Below are positions 45,343 through 59,400 of a stretch of 64,000 nucleotides of DNA, in pieces; positions within the stretch are counted from its first letter, which is position 1; each line of letters starts with the position of its first letter. Location: the NCBI GenBank assembly GCA_001244265.2, contig CDLV01000009.1:806001-870000 (forward strand), read 5' to 3'. The stretch comes from Microbotryum violaceum (Eukaryota). The notes beneath the pieces were generated by a model, which worked only from the letters and a program-made list of their open reading frames with translations, searched no databases and was not told the origin of the DNA. Both the position numbers and the translations under genes were made by a program.

Positions 45343-48300
45343 TCACACTGCAGAATAGGAATAGGCGTTGATCAGCACTCATTCTTCGGTGAGGAACAAA
45401 ACTAGAAACGCGGGACTTACGATCATCGCAGACGGCGCAGTTCTTCAAATTGATCTTATTCTTGAAGATAATCTGCGAGGATTGCGCGAAGGCCCATGTC
45501 AGCCAGCATGCTCAACGCCATGACAATGGACCGCCAAGCAAGACTCACGGGCAAGACGATCAGGCAAGTGAAGAACGCAAAGACGAGACCGAACAAGACG
45601 CTGTACTTGGCGACGATGGTCTTGCGTAGTGCGCGTTGCTTGAAACTGAAGATGGGACTGCGGATCTGCTTCGACGGTCGCAGCCAGACTGAAAGGATGT
45701 GGCCGGATCAGTCAGTGGTCCAAGCAGGTCTCACTTCAAAGCTTACAGAGCGCAGTTGAATGAAGCGTGTCCATGCCCGGGATCAAGCACGGAAGGACGA
45801 GCAAGAACAAGAGCAAGTGCTGCAGGGCAAGGGAAGGGCGAGTCACACGTCAGCCCATTGCAGGCGATCTTACTGTCGCGGCCTCACCGTTACTTACTCC
45901 GGACAAGAAGTCGGCAGCAAAGAGCGACAGCTCGATGATCTTGACCATGTATTCTCGGAACGGTTGCGACCAAGCAGAGGACCCGAGACCGCGGCCGAAC
46001 CATCGCCCGGTCCAGAACGCGCGGTTCGTCTCGTCGTGCTTGAACTCGCGGGAAATGCAGACCGAGATGAGGATTTTGAACAGACACCTCTGGATAGCAA
46101 CGGTCGCGATGATGCCCAAGACGGCGTGGGACACATCCCATCGCTCGAGCAACCATAAGAATTCGAAGAAGGCCACGTAGCCGACGACACTGCCGATGTG
46201 GGCGATGCCGGCCATAACGGATCCAAAGTTGCCGCAGCAGCTGCCGAGAACAGGACCAGCTAGCAGCGCCGATAAGAAGAGGACGAGAAGCAGGACGGCA
46301 TTCCATGCGACGGGACCGATGGCGATGACGGCAACTCGAAGCAACGCATTGATGGGTGGGTCAGAGAACGACTGGAGAAGAAGAGACAAGGTCGCGTCAG
46401 GAAAAAGTCACAATATTTACGAAACTCTGTCACCGACTAGGCCAGCTCTACTCACCTTTACGAAGAGGTAAGCGATGGTCAAGATGACGGCCAAGGCCAA
46501 GGGCGCGAACACTTCGTTGACGAGGATGACCTTCCAGCTGACGCGGGGGACGTCAGCCGTGAGCTTCTCGGAGGGGTGACCCAAGCGCTTCTTCTTGAAA
46601 CCGGTGATCTTGGTGCGAGACAAACGGCAGTACCCGATCCACGAGTTGGCGTGGGCTCGCGAGTTCCCTCGCGACATCCAGCGCAGGTATTCGCGGTAAT
46701 CGATGATGAAGTCGCCAAAGGAGAATTGATGAGGGTTGAAGAGGAAGGGGGCAATGCAAAGGGCTAGAATGGAGATCCAGAAGTAGAGCACTGCAGCGGA
46801 GTGAAGCAAAGATCACACTGTCAGAGCGTCAATCGAGTGGAATGACCGGAGCGAGCGACGTACAGTGCCATAGCCAAACAGTCAACGTAATGTAGAGGAG
46901 CATCATGAGCGTGCGCAATCCAAGGTAGACACTAGGTCCTGCAAAACGCGAGTATAGAATGGCAAAAGACACGCGTGTTGTCGCAAAGCCGCGACCCGTG
47001 GCAATGTAGCGAGCACCACCGTACGTCAAATTGCTGAGGATCGAGTGCGACGAAATCTGCGTGCCGAACACCTCGAAAACGGGTGACAGTGAGATGAACT
47101 GCTTGCCGAGACGAGTGATAGCCGCAAGGACACCGTGACCGGTTAACTCTTGGAGGAACAGGGGCAGGAAAGCTAGGGATAGAGCAGGATAAAAGGTATC
47201 AGCGGGTGGTCAAGAGAGTTCCCAAACCGGGGAATCGGGCTCACCGATGAAGAACACAATGAAGATGGAGATGACGCAGCGCTTGATCCAGTCGAACGTG
47301 GGCACAATGTTGTAGCAACCCGCAGCAGAGATGAATTGACCGGCGGCGTTGTACTGACAGACCGTGAGCTGCTTGTTCATGGTGCCCAGAAATACGAGCG
47401 CGAACATGAAGAGCTGGACCGAAAGGATAACGAGGATATTGTTGATGTGGAAACCTGGTGGGAGCAGCATAGAATTTGGCTCGTTGAACATGCAACTCCA
47501 ACAGCCAGAGGAATCAGAAGACACGTACCAGGATGACCGTAATAGAACGTCAAGAAGCGATCCATGGGCAATTGCGTGCCGAGGTAGTAGTACTCGCGCG
47601 AAAGCATCTGCTCGCCCATACCACTCCCAATCTTGGTCTGGAAATTGAGAATTGTTCCAAACCCGAGATCTCGACCTTTACCGCATTGGTAGTACTCAGT
47701 GTGCTTGATGCGACCTCCTCGACCAAACGCGGTCATACCAGCGTAAATATCCTCGTTCAGGTGCAGACCTTTCTGCGCCTTCGAGACACCACCTCGCGTG
47801 GTCATGAAGATGGCGTTGAGGAAATCGGGATGCCCGTAGTGGAGCTTTCCGCCGATGTAGGCCATTGACCGTGCCGCGAGCGTACCGAACGTCTGTTCCT
47901 TACCGGCCGCGACGTCACCGAGGATACCGATGTTCTCGGAGAAGATGTATTCGCGAGCTCCAACGATCGCGACCGGGTCATCCGCGAAGTCGTCGGCCCC
48001 CTCGGCAGTGTACGGGTTGCGCGACGAGATGTGGTAGTCCTCGAACTCGCCGAGGATGTTGCGCACCTTGAGGCACTCTTCGAGGTAGTTGTCTTGATTC
48101 GCATCGATAAGTTGCAGGTACTCGCCGCGGTAGAAGACGATGGCGTGATTCTGATTATCTGATTTGCCGTCACCAAGTATAGGGTTTCCTGGTAGCTCGA
48201 TGCGGAACTTGGGTCGACGCTTGCCATCTGGGAGGATCTCGGAGTGGCCATCGATGAGCGAAGAGAAGATGCGGGGCTCGCCACCTTCCTTGCGTGGGCG

Positions 48301-51300
48301 TTCTTCGTCGAGGTAGGCAATCTGCAGGTCGGGGTACGCACGCAGCAAGAACTCGGTGTTTTCAAGCTCCTCCTTGGAGAACTTGGAGTAGCGCTGCATC
48401 GAGACGACGAAGCGGAACTTGCGTCTAGCCATGCGCTCGAGTTCGCGCTCGAGTCGCTCGGTGTTGCCGCCGAGGACCTGGACGACGTCGGGGTTCTCGA
48501 CACGGTAGAGGAGCTTGATGGCCTTGTTGTAATTCATGAAGCCCGAAACGGTGCGGTAGAGTGTCTGCGCTCGCAGCGACGCCCAGATCCGAGTGCGGAG
48601 CGTGTATTCCGGTGCGGCACTCTTGAAGCCAATGGTGTAGAATGGGATATCATCGGTCTTTTTGTTCGACTTCTCGTCCGCGAGGTCTATGTCGGCAGAT
48701 TCTTCGGCTAAAATCTTGGTGTCGCGTACAAAGTTGTCCCACTCGATCGGGTGCAGTTGCTTGAGGTATTCGAGCAATGTGACGCGCGTATTTTGGTCCT
48801 CCTCACGAATGATCTCTCGCAGCGACAGCAAAATCTTTTCCGAGTAGTGGGGTGTCAGTACGGTGAAGGTTGGCATGGTATCCACCCCGAGAGGCTCGGG
48901 TATCGCGGTCGACAAGGACTGTGCGAAAAACGAGATTCGACGCGCGGCTTCAGAGCCAGCGGGGAAGAACTCGGACTTGACACCAGAGCCATCTTGCGAG
49001 ATAAAGAAGAGAGGCGCGCGCAAAACACGCTTCCCGTCGACCTCAGAGGGCACCTGATGGTAGAGCAATCGCTGAACGTGGTCGATCGACAAAAGATGTT
49101 CCCGGTACATCGATATGACGATGGCGTTCCAGATTTGCGAGACGAGCACCTTGGGTTTGTACTTGACTTCCATCTCGGAGGTTGCGAGCACTTTCGAGTA
49201 GATACGCTTGGGCAAGCGCTCGAAGATCTCCTTCCACGGGGTCCAGATTGAGAGGCCGAGATGGAAAGAGCGAGCAACCGAGAATACTGAGTTGAGGCAT
49301 CATCAACACGTCAGCATCAATTCGTAATAATGGGACAACGGAGGCAGACGTGACTCACCAGTGTTCCAGATGACATACCACAGGAATGTGTCGAGAAAGA
49401 AAAGACAAAGATCCATGCAGAACATGATTGCCAATGCAAACGCAGGCTGGTTGCGGCACAGCGCACTGCCAAATATTTTGTCCGAGCACAGTTGCACCTT
49501 CATCCCGACGAGTACGCGAACCGGATTCTCGAACGAGAGCGCTAGAAAGAAGTAGGATTCGGTGAGCTTGCAGCCAAAGACGAGGACCCAAAGGGCGATA
49601 CTGGTCAATCGAGCCTGTCGCGACAGTTTGGGGTACGAGGCGGTGAAGGTTTGATTGGCGAGGTACTTGCGGTTCTTGCCGGCTACGCGATCACCGAACA
49701 GGCGACCCGAAGGCACGATGGCAAAGACAATGACGCAGATCAGCGAGAGCGCAAATTGGACCATACCGATGATCTTGGACGTTTGCGATGTCTGATCAAA
49801 GAAGGCGATATAGATGGTCGGGCCGGACGTGATACCGAGGCACACGCAGAGGAAGAGGAAGCGGGTGACGAGGTGCGACGTATTGTTCCAGGTGGTAGGA
49901 ACGTAGCTCAATTCAGCCAGGGTAGCCGCCATCATGATCAACGACGCGACACCACCGCCGAGCGCGGTGACACTCCAGCGCATCGCCGGATAAGCGTCAT
50001 TTGCCCCCGCAGGGGCGTAGATCTTAGTGGCTGTTGAGGCCGTGTAGAACCAAAAGACCGAGATGTGAAGAACCCAGATGCGGTTGAAGTTGACAAGCAG
50101 GTGCAGGAACGATCGTCGCTCGTAGTAGGTCTTAATGAACGCGCGGCCCCAGTCGATCTTGTCAAACTTCATGAATCGTTGCGAGGCCGGCACGTCGACG
50201 AGGCACGTGCGGTCGTTGAGGACGATGCGAGCGATACCTTCGGGATACCAGAAGAGCTGGTTGACGTCGTCGTATCCGATGATGTCCTCGTGGTCCTTTT
50301 CTCTTCGCAAGAACGCGCCGTTGATGACCTCGTAGCCCTGGTCTCGGATAAAACGGTACAATGGACGGACGACCGCGCGGAGGTACAGACCTTCCGGTAC
50401 CGGCTCGGAGCGGTTCTGGCACTCTGGTGATCGATAGTAGTCGTCCGCGCACTTAAAGATGAAGCACAGGCATTCGGGTACGAAGCGCACCTGCGCGGCT
50501 TCACCCCAGCAGAGGAGGTAGAGCGCGAGCTGGCGCACACGATCATAACTCGACATTTGCGCCATCGCGGTGCGCCATCGTGTCTGTGCCGAGTCGAGCG
50601 TCTGGACCGACGGTGGTGTTGCGGGTCCTTTGCTCACCCCAGCCTTACGGCTCGCTCGTCGTGTCAAACGACCAACGGGTCCGTGAGCATTTGCTTGACC
50701 GATCGCGTCATCAAGGTCGAGCTGCGCTGCAAAGTACCACTTGCGGTAGTTGGCGTGCTCGCCTCCGATGTAGTCAGCGTGCAGCGTCAGCAGCGCTTGG
50801 TTCGGCGACATACGCGACGCTCGCGAATCGAGCTGGATCATAAGGTGGTCGTACATGTTGCGCATCGAGTCGCGCTGGAAGCCGAACTTGTTGGTGAGGT
50901 CGATGAAGACGTCTTCAATCTCCTCCTTGGACAGCGGGATCTTTTGCTCGTTCGACCACGCTGGGTAAGGCTCGCGGTGACGAGACCAGGGACCATGGTG
51001 GGCCGACGACGAGTCGTAGTCGGTAAAACTGGCGGGTGAGTCAGCGCCGGATCGGTCGTACGGACCCTGGAAGGGGCCTTGCGGATGCGACTGCGGCCCC
51101 CCTCTTCCTCCATCGTCAGTCATCGGGGTGTGTGCGAATGGTATCTTGTCGTTGTAGTACTCTGCCGATCCTGTTAGGGAGTAGCGAAAGCGAGGAGACA
51201 AAGACAGAAGGCGGCGTCATGGTCGTGGAAAGGAGGTGAAACGATAAGGCCGAGCCAAGGAGCGTGCGCGTTAACAGGGGGCAAAGTGTCAGTCAGTACG

Positions 51301-51961
51301 GGTGCGCTCTGTTCGATGCGCCGTGACTACGCATCGAGCCCATGTTTGAGACGTTTTTGTTCATTCATCCTCAAACACAGAAACCCGACATCTCTTTTCG
51401 GAATTTGCCTTCAATGCAGCCCAACATGCGCTGTGCCCTCGGCTGCCAGCGCGGGTCTTGGCAATTGGGTCAGGGCTGGCCCCCATCAAAGTTGAGGTGC
51501 ACCGCACCGGTAAGGTTGGCTGAGCCGAGCCGAGCCGCGCCGCCGCGCCAAACATTCGCGCGCGAGCAAGCCAGAGCTCGGCCCCGGGGCTCGTCACGAT
51601 CATCATCGAGAGACGATGAGCCAGCGCGTGAGCATACCCTGGCGTCCATCGATCGGCAGGTGCCGTCGAGCGAGACACCGAGTGCGAAAGGAGGCAAGCT
51701 TAAAACAAAAAAAGGCGAAGACGTGTACTGACCTGCATGATGCTCGTCCTCTGCCGAGCCTGCCCCGTATGGGTCTCCGGCGCGTCGGTGGTACTCCTCG
51801 CTGCCGCTGCTGGCGTCGCCGCCCATCTCGTATGGGTCGCGGTCACCCGGCGCTGCATAGCGTGGCCCCGTCGCACCACCTCCACCACCTCCTGCGTGAC
51901 CGGTCGAGGCGAACGGGTTGGGTGCACCAGCGAGATGGTGCGGTGTTTGGTTGTACGACAT
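45343..51961 (-). CDS. FKS1: 1,3-beta-glucan synthase catalytic subunit, multi-exon
   Basis: [90 protein letters not shown] and [10 protein letters not shown]. Terminal exons are approximate. Confidence 0.97.
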
Positions 51962-53013
51962 CGCGTGTTACTCGTGATTTGAAAAGTTGAGAAAACGAGT
52001 AGGACGTGCGACGACGACGGGCGGAATCCGACTTCCCAAGCGTCGTTGCTCGGTTCGACGTTCGACGTTCGTAGACTTTGAGCCGGCCACAGTCCAATCA
52101 GCCGTCGACACAGCAGCAGTCGATCGTCAGGGCGGTCGGTCGCACGACGCGTTGGTCGGGGAACAGAAGCTTGCTGCTTGGCACCGACTCTATGTGACAG
52201 GAATCGAGTCCAAGTCCGAGGCGAGATCAGAGGTGTGAGGGGAGTTAGGCACATCAGTCTCGGCTCACCCACAGTCGCGGCTCGCGACTGCGCGCGGACG
52301 ACTCGCGGCTGTGCGCCTGCGGGGTCCATGCGCCACTGAGGTTACAATCTCCTCAGGCCCATCGTTGGACGAACAGCCGGCCAGGGGAGCCTCGCAGCGA
52401 ATCTCCGCGGACGGCGACGGCGGATGAGCATCACTCGTCTTGCACGAGGTCATCAGCGAAAACGAGATAACTCGAATTCCCGTTCAAATCATGTTGGCCA
52501 TCTTGTCGGGCGATTGGGTGAAAATGCTGGTTGTGATGACCAGATGCCTGGTCAAAAATAGATTGATAAAAAGTCGTGAGCGCCAAGACCAGAGCGTCCA
52601 GACTGCAGCGACAAATGCTTCGATTGACTAACTTGCACTGATACCTGATTACGATACAGTGCTCTGCTAACTTTGTGGTACAAACGAAATGAGGGCCCGT
52701 GCTCGCAGGTGCAGGGTGTGGTGCCCCTCTCCTGGTCAGAATACCGGCAGCTCCGAGTAGAATTATTCGTGTAGACTGGAGTGTTCGAACGCAAGGCTAC
52801 CTCGCGTGGCTATACGAGCTTATATAAATACGCTGGATCAGACCAGATTGCTTTGTAGAAAAAAAGGATAGCTTCCGGCACTGCAGACTGGCTCGCAGCT
52901 CGTGCTTGGTTGTGAGCGGGCAGAAAGGGACAGAGCGCAATTACCGATCGATTCGATAAGCCGGACCGTTCGCCTCGCTCCTTTTACCACCCTCTGCATT
53001 TGAACCCAGCGCC

Positions 53014-56000
53014 ATGGCCTCTGAGTATTCACAAGACAAAAGAACAGCAACATCGAACACCGGATCCACTATGACAGGCTACCCGTATTACACGCCTTCG
53101 AGAACGATGCTCGCGGCAGACGACGACGACGTGCACGTGAGCCCGAACTCGAGCCCGCCCGGGGGGAGCAGCTCGGATAAGTGGTTGCTGCTACCACAAA
53201 CGCCACCCATCAGGCTCGACCACATCGGAAACAGTCCAGTACACGTACTTTCATCATCCACCCCGTTCGATTCTCTCTCTTCCTTGCGTCGACGAGCTTC
53301 CATGGCGATGTCCAGCCTGCCGCAAACTCGCCGCGCCGATGGAGACGATCAGATCTCGGTGGCAGCCTGTGAGACCGATCTCCAGCGAGACGTCCGATCG
53401 GAATGCATGGGGCCGTCTGGTCGCCCACATTGTATTCTGTGGCAATCGTCTACGCTGTCTTCGTCCGTTTTTGACAAAGGCAAGGGTGTTGCTGTCGTCG
53501 AAGAGGAGCGATCCCCGGACTCGGACTGTGCCGTCACGGAGGCTCGTGCTCCCGGCCTCGACGCCGAGCAAGTGGGGCAACGGCGCGAGCACTGGACGGC
53601 GACCTCCACCGGTGATACCGCATCACAATATCTTGCAGGTCCATTAGTATCCGGACTCTTCCGGGGCCTAGCATCCTCGTCCGAACGAACCATGTTTGCA
53701 CAAGATGATGTATACTCCGCGGCATCGTCGACGGCGCCATGGCCCGCACCGGCTGAGATCCTGCGACTCGATCCCACCCCCACATCACTCGCGGCGGCCA
53801 TCGGCACGAGCATCGATGACGATGAGGGGTCGGCAGCATCCAACACCGGCTGGGCCACCCCATGTGCCTCGACATCTGAGGTAATGCACACTTCCTTAAC
53901 CGAACTTTCGATCCAATTGGCGTACGTGGAACGAATGCAGAACGACCTTCCCTCGCCTAGGGCACAATTTTCCAGTCACCGAGCTGAGCCACCGCGTCGC
54001 TTCTCCAAATCCTTCACCACCGCCTTGTCGCGAGCCTCGCCCTCGAGCAGAACTAGACCGCCCACACCATTCAGGCTGGATTCAACCTCTTTCCTGGCAG
54101 GCGTGACCACCTCGGCCGGTGCATCACCACTGACTCCGTTGCCCTCTTCAGCTCGCAACGCTGGAGGGAGTGGTGCGCGCCACCGCGAAGAGCTCCTAGA
54201 GCTTTCAACTTCCGAAGTATCTTCCGCTTCGACACCCTTCGTGGACAAGTCACCCTCGTCCGACATTTTTAGGGTACGAGCACGATCACGCTCGCTCCCC
54301 GTCATGCTGCAGAAACCCTTGCGCGTCACTCCTGTGGTTCAAGTCGAGTCCCGGCGGGCCAAGGAGCTCAACAGGCTGCTGGAATCGGGTTTCGTAACAG
54401 TCTTGTCGAGCCCGACCCTTGAATCGTCCCCGGTCGTCGGTTTGAATTCAAATCCGCAATCCAAGCCCAGGGACATATTTGGGGCGCTTCCTTACGAGGT
54501 GCAGGCTCGGATCTTATGCTCCCTCATCCATATCCATATCGACGAGCACGAACGCCTGGTCGCGGATGGCAAGTGGCGTGATCCAATCGTACTGCGATCT
54601 AGATGGCGCGGTGAAGCCTCTGGAAGGCGAGAGCTGGTCAAATGTGCTCGTGTAAGCTGATCGAGGCTCCTGTCTTCGAGCTCAGTGTACTCGCCTGACT
54701 GGAGAGTAACCGGCCCGTCTTTGCGCAGGTGTCTCGGCTTTGGAAAACTCTGGCCTTTGACGGGCAGACTTGGCCCGTACTCGACGCAGCATCCATCGGT
54801 CCCGACGTGTTCTCCTCTCCTGCACTGTTGCGACTCGCTGAAGGCGCCGGCACCTTTGTTCGAAAGGTGGATCTGTCCAACATGGCGCAGATGACGGGCT
54901 ATACGATCGTCGAAATGACCCGACTCGTGGGTAGCGAAAGGGGGCAGACGAACTTGACCTCAATTAACTTGCACGGTGAGGACAACCAACGCTTCCATTC
55001 CTTTGGGTCAACATAAATTTGACCATCTATCCACACCCAGGCTGTTCTTCAATCAGCAATAGCTCACTCGCGTTCCTCCTCGCGCGCTCGCCAAACCTCC
55101 GAAAACTCAACTTTCTTGCGCTCGCGGCGGTAGACGACGAAACACTCCGGATTCTGGGCGAGTCTGCTCAAGATCTCGAAGACCTCAACGTCAGTCGTTG
55201 CAGCGTCCTCCACGCCACGGATTTATATTTCATCGCGAGCCCACTCAAGCGACTCGGTGCAAGTCGAATGCATGGTGCAAGTGACCGCGTTATCGGGGAA
55301 GTGTTGAGACGACAAACCGCGCTTGAAAGCCTAGACTTGTCCTCGAGCCATCGCCTCACTGATCAAGTTTTCCAGTCGGATACTTCCCTATCGAGTCTGG
55401 ATGCCTTGCGCCACCTTAACCTCAGCTCGTGCCCACTTCTCACGGACGAGACGCTCGCGTGTCTGGTCGATCACGTACCACATCTTGAAACTTTCGAACT
55501 CGCACACAATCGTCAAATTGGAGCCAACAATGCTTTAAAACGGCTTTTGCACTCGACTCCGCTGTTGAAGCGGCTCGATCTTGAAGGCAGCATCGTGCTC
55601 GAAGATGTCGCACTTTCGGGAGTGGCGAATGACTCTGACCTTCCCGAGCTTGAATGGCTCGTCCTCTCGGGGTGTACAACCTTGACTCAACAATGCCTGG
55701 CGAGTATCGCTCGGTCACAAGGTCTACCGAAGTTGAAGATACTCGAACTGGACGGGACCCACATCGATGAAGTATCCATCGCCTCCTTCGTCATCCGGCA
55801 GCATCAAAAACATCTCCAGCCGTTCTCGCCACAATTGCCCTCGCCGGACGGCTCCTTACCCTGCTCAGCGCAAGAACTTCCGTCCAAAATTTCGATCTTG
55901 GACGCGCACTTTCATACGCGCCGACTCCAACGTCAATTGAGTCGTCACATCCGAACGCGCGACGGTCGACGAGGCTACGAGTTCCGTCACTTCGCCTACG

Positions 56001-56197
56001 CAGATTTCGACACCGTAGTACCTCAAGAGTCGACCTGGTCCATCAATCCGGCCATGCAAGAGCTTGAAGGTTCGACAAGAGTCGTATTGAGGTCGTTTGA
56101 AGGGAACGCAGATGTTGATGGCCTACATTTGAGAGCTGGGTCGAGTCGTGCCAGGACTTGGAGCGGATCGGGTAGGACGGGTTGTATTGTTTCATAG
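53014..56197 (+). CDS. F-box / leucine-rich-repeat protein with a C-terminal CaaX box (FBXL2/FBXL20-like architecture)
   Basis: F-box-like DIFGALPYEVQARIL...ARVSRLWKTLAFDGQTW; cysteine-containing LRRs (LNVSRC, LNLSSCPLLTD, LVLSGCTTLT); ends GCIVS*. Start codon uncertain. Confidence 0.82.
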
Positions 56198-56474
56198 TCA
56201 AGGACCTCCAGATGATGCAGCGCGCTCAGTGTGGAAAATGTCAGCATCCGCTGTTGATTCTTTTCGGTCCCCTGGATGTTGGGCTGCATGCATAGTGGTA
56301 AGAATTCGGTGTACAGCAAATCTTTTCTGTGACTTATCGCGGCTCTCCTTGCGAGCCCAAACTGGACACAAGATGAACGAGACCCATTTTTTCTATACCA
56401 AACACACAAAGAAAGACACATTCCCAACATTCGCAAGCAACGGAGGTCGCCCAATCGAATCTATACATGCAAAT

Positions 56475-59400
56475 CTACTCATCGTACTCTTCATCCAACT
56501 CGTCATAAATTCTCTTCTTCTTGGAGCTGGTCCCCGCTTGCCTGCCCGTCGAGCGACGACCCCGCTTCTTGGTTTTCCCAAACTCGTCGTCGTCGTCGTC
56601 TTCCTCGTAAGACTCTTCGTCCGAGTCATCGTCGTCACCGTCCTGTGCCCCCGGGACCGAGAAGTCACTTCCGTCGTCTCCCTCGGTCGGGTCCATGGCA
56701 TCGGTGATGGACTGGCGAGCCCGAGTTGATCGCTTTCCTCCCACGCCGGCCGCCGGGCCTGGTGTACTGCTCCCGACAGATGGTCCGCGTTCCTTGCGTG
56801 GCGACGAGCGCGACGGCCGGCCCGAAAGCGTCGTCTCCGCAGCAGCGTTCGTCTCCTTCTTGAATCGAGGCTTAAATAGATCATACAGTTCTTGTGCCTT
56901 CATCGTTGACCCTTCCGGAGCTGCGGGCTTAGTTTCGACTACTGGAGTGGGCTCTTGCGGTGATACAACAGTGGGGTCATCGACCTGCATTGGCTCGGGC
57001 GGGTCATCTTCCTTAACGCCACCGACCGAGGGAGCGGAAGCCGTTGCTTTGGCAATCTCCGTCGCTTCTTCGACTTCGGGCTTGGCATCCGCCCCGTCCT
57101 CCTGCACCGACATGCCTTCGGCGGGCGGCACATACTCATCGTGCAACTTCAAGAGTCGGCGAGTCGCCTCCTCCATGAGCTGCGTCTGTTCGATGCGATC
57201 GTGGGCGGCGGCGGCTTTGGTGAGCAAGTCGTTCAGCTCTTCGTCGCCAAAGCCAGCGGCGGCTTGCGCGAGAGTCAAAATGATCTGGCTTCGGCGGTGC
57301 TTGCGTTCGACATCAGCGATGTGCTTCGAAGCGGGCGACATCTCGCGACGACGACGACCGAGCTTCATTCCGAAGCCCACACCGACCGGCCGGTCGGAGC
57401 GGGCATCCTGGCGAGCCGAATCGCGAACAGCGCGATCGACAGCACGGTCGGCAAGGTTGACGGGGCGGAAGTCGTCGCCACTGTCACCATCAGAGCGCAC
57501 TTCTTCATCGACGAAGTCGTCCGACTCGGTATCGTCGTCGAATTCGTGGTCGCCCTTCCGTCGCTTGTTGTCCTTGGACTGCCCGTCCGTTTGGTAATGA
57601 ACCTATGATAATCAACAAGCGACATATGAGTTCGTGCTCTATACTAGAATTAATCAAGCAGATCAATGAGCTTACCGTAGACCGGCGCTTGCCACGCCCA
57701 CTCTGAGCACTGGCCAGCAGCCGCCTCTGGCGCTCCGCCTCTTCCTGCTCTTGCAAGATTGTGGACCAGAAGCCATGCATGTTCTCGCTCTCTTGCTCGC
57801 CATCGACATTGACGGTGTCCAGTTCCCCGCGTTCCCAAATCTTGGCTTGGGCGAACGTTCCAGCGGCCGACTGCGCCTCGGCCTTCAGCGGCTCGGCACT
57901 CCGGACCAACAGCTCGTCGATGTCGGCGTCGCTGTAGCGAATAGCCGTCGCCTCGGCCTCCTTGTCGTCGAAGACGGCCTTGGCACCGAACTGGAGGATC
58001 GTCTCGACGTCTTCCGTCTCATCCTTGGCATCGATTCGTTGAATGATCAAATGATCAAGACCGAGCTTGCGCGTACCAGCCGTGAAGATCTTCTCCTCGC
58101 AAGATTGCTTGACGAGGAGCTTGAACACACGAACGGGCTTCTTTTGTCCGATACGGTGAGCACGTGATATGGCCTGGATGTCCTGATGGGGGTTGAAGTC
58201 TGGAACGATGGAAACAGATTAGTCGTCTGCTCGCTCACTAGAGGATGGCGGATCGAACGACTCACCTTGATCGAACATGATGACCGTGTCAGCGGTGGTC
58301 AAGTTGATACCAACACCACCGGCACGGGTCGACAAGAGGTAACAGAAGTAGTCCGAGTCGGGCGCGTTGAACTCATCGATGCCTCGTTGACGGTCAAGTT
58401 GCTTAGTGTCACCATCCAATCGCAGGTACTTGAGCTTAAGCCCTTGAAGGAGAGGCTCGATGATGTTCAAGACGATCTTGAATTGCGAAAACTATGGAGG
58501 CCAGCGACAGAGATGAGTAATCGTCAGCTGAGAACGACATTAGAGAGCATGGGCGAATTGTCCAAGGGACTCACGATAAGAACACGATGCCCCGCAGCCT
58601 TGAGCTTGGGAAGAAGCTTCGACAGCAAGACAAATTTGGACGACGCCTCGATGAGATTCGTCAACTCTTGTTGCGGTCCGACTCCACGGGGTTCAATCTC
58701 GGGCGCGGTGATGTAAGGATGGCAAAGGACTTTGCGCAGCTCCATCAAAACATTGTTGAAACTCGTCTTACGCTTCTTCGTCACCGCCGTCTTTTGGAAA
58801 ATGCTCTCGATCGCCGCCGCGTTGTGCTCGAGCACGCTGCGATAGATCTGACGTTGGAGCACCGACATGGAAACGGGGACGACGATCTCGGTCAAGGGAG
58901 GCAGGTTGAGCACGAGATCTTTGGTACGACGTAGGAAGTAAGGCTTGAGGATCTCGCGCACTTCTTCGACCTTTTCGGGCGTGAGTTCGGCGTAGCGCTC
59001 TGTGATGACGTCCATATCGGTCCACTTCTGGGGATCGATGAAGTGGAGCAAGTTAAACAGCTCCTCGAGGTTGTTGTTAAGCGGCGTTCCCGACAACAAG
59101 ACACGATGGGTAATGCGCAGACTCTGCAACGCGACGAAGAGCAGACCATTCTTGCCGCTCTTGAGACGTTGGCCTTCATCGACGACGAGGCATTCCCAGC
59201 GTTGCACGCGTTGGAAAACGGCGACGTTTTTCTCAAGGGCTTCGTACGTCGCGAGGACGACGTGCGTCTTGAGCTGACCCTTGGGGTCGTACAGCTCGAA
59301 CTCCTCGATGATCTGACGGGACTCGACGTCACCACTGAAGGGGACGACGCGCATAGACGGGGCCCAGCGCTCGAACTCGCGTACCCAGTTGCCGATCGTC

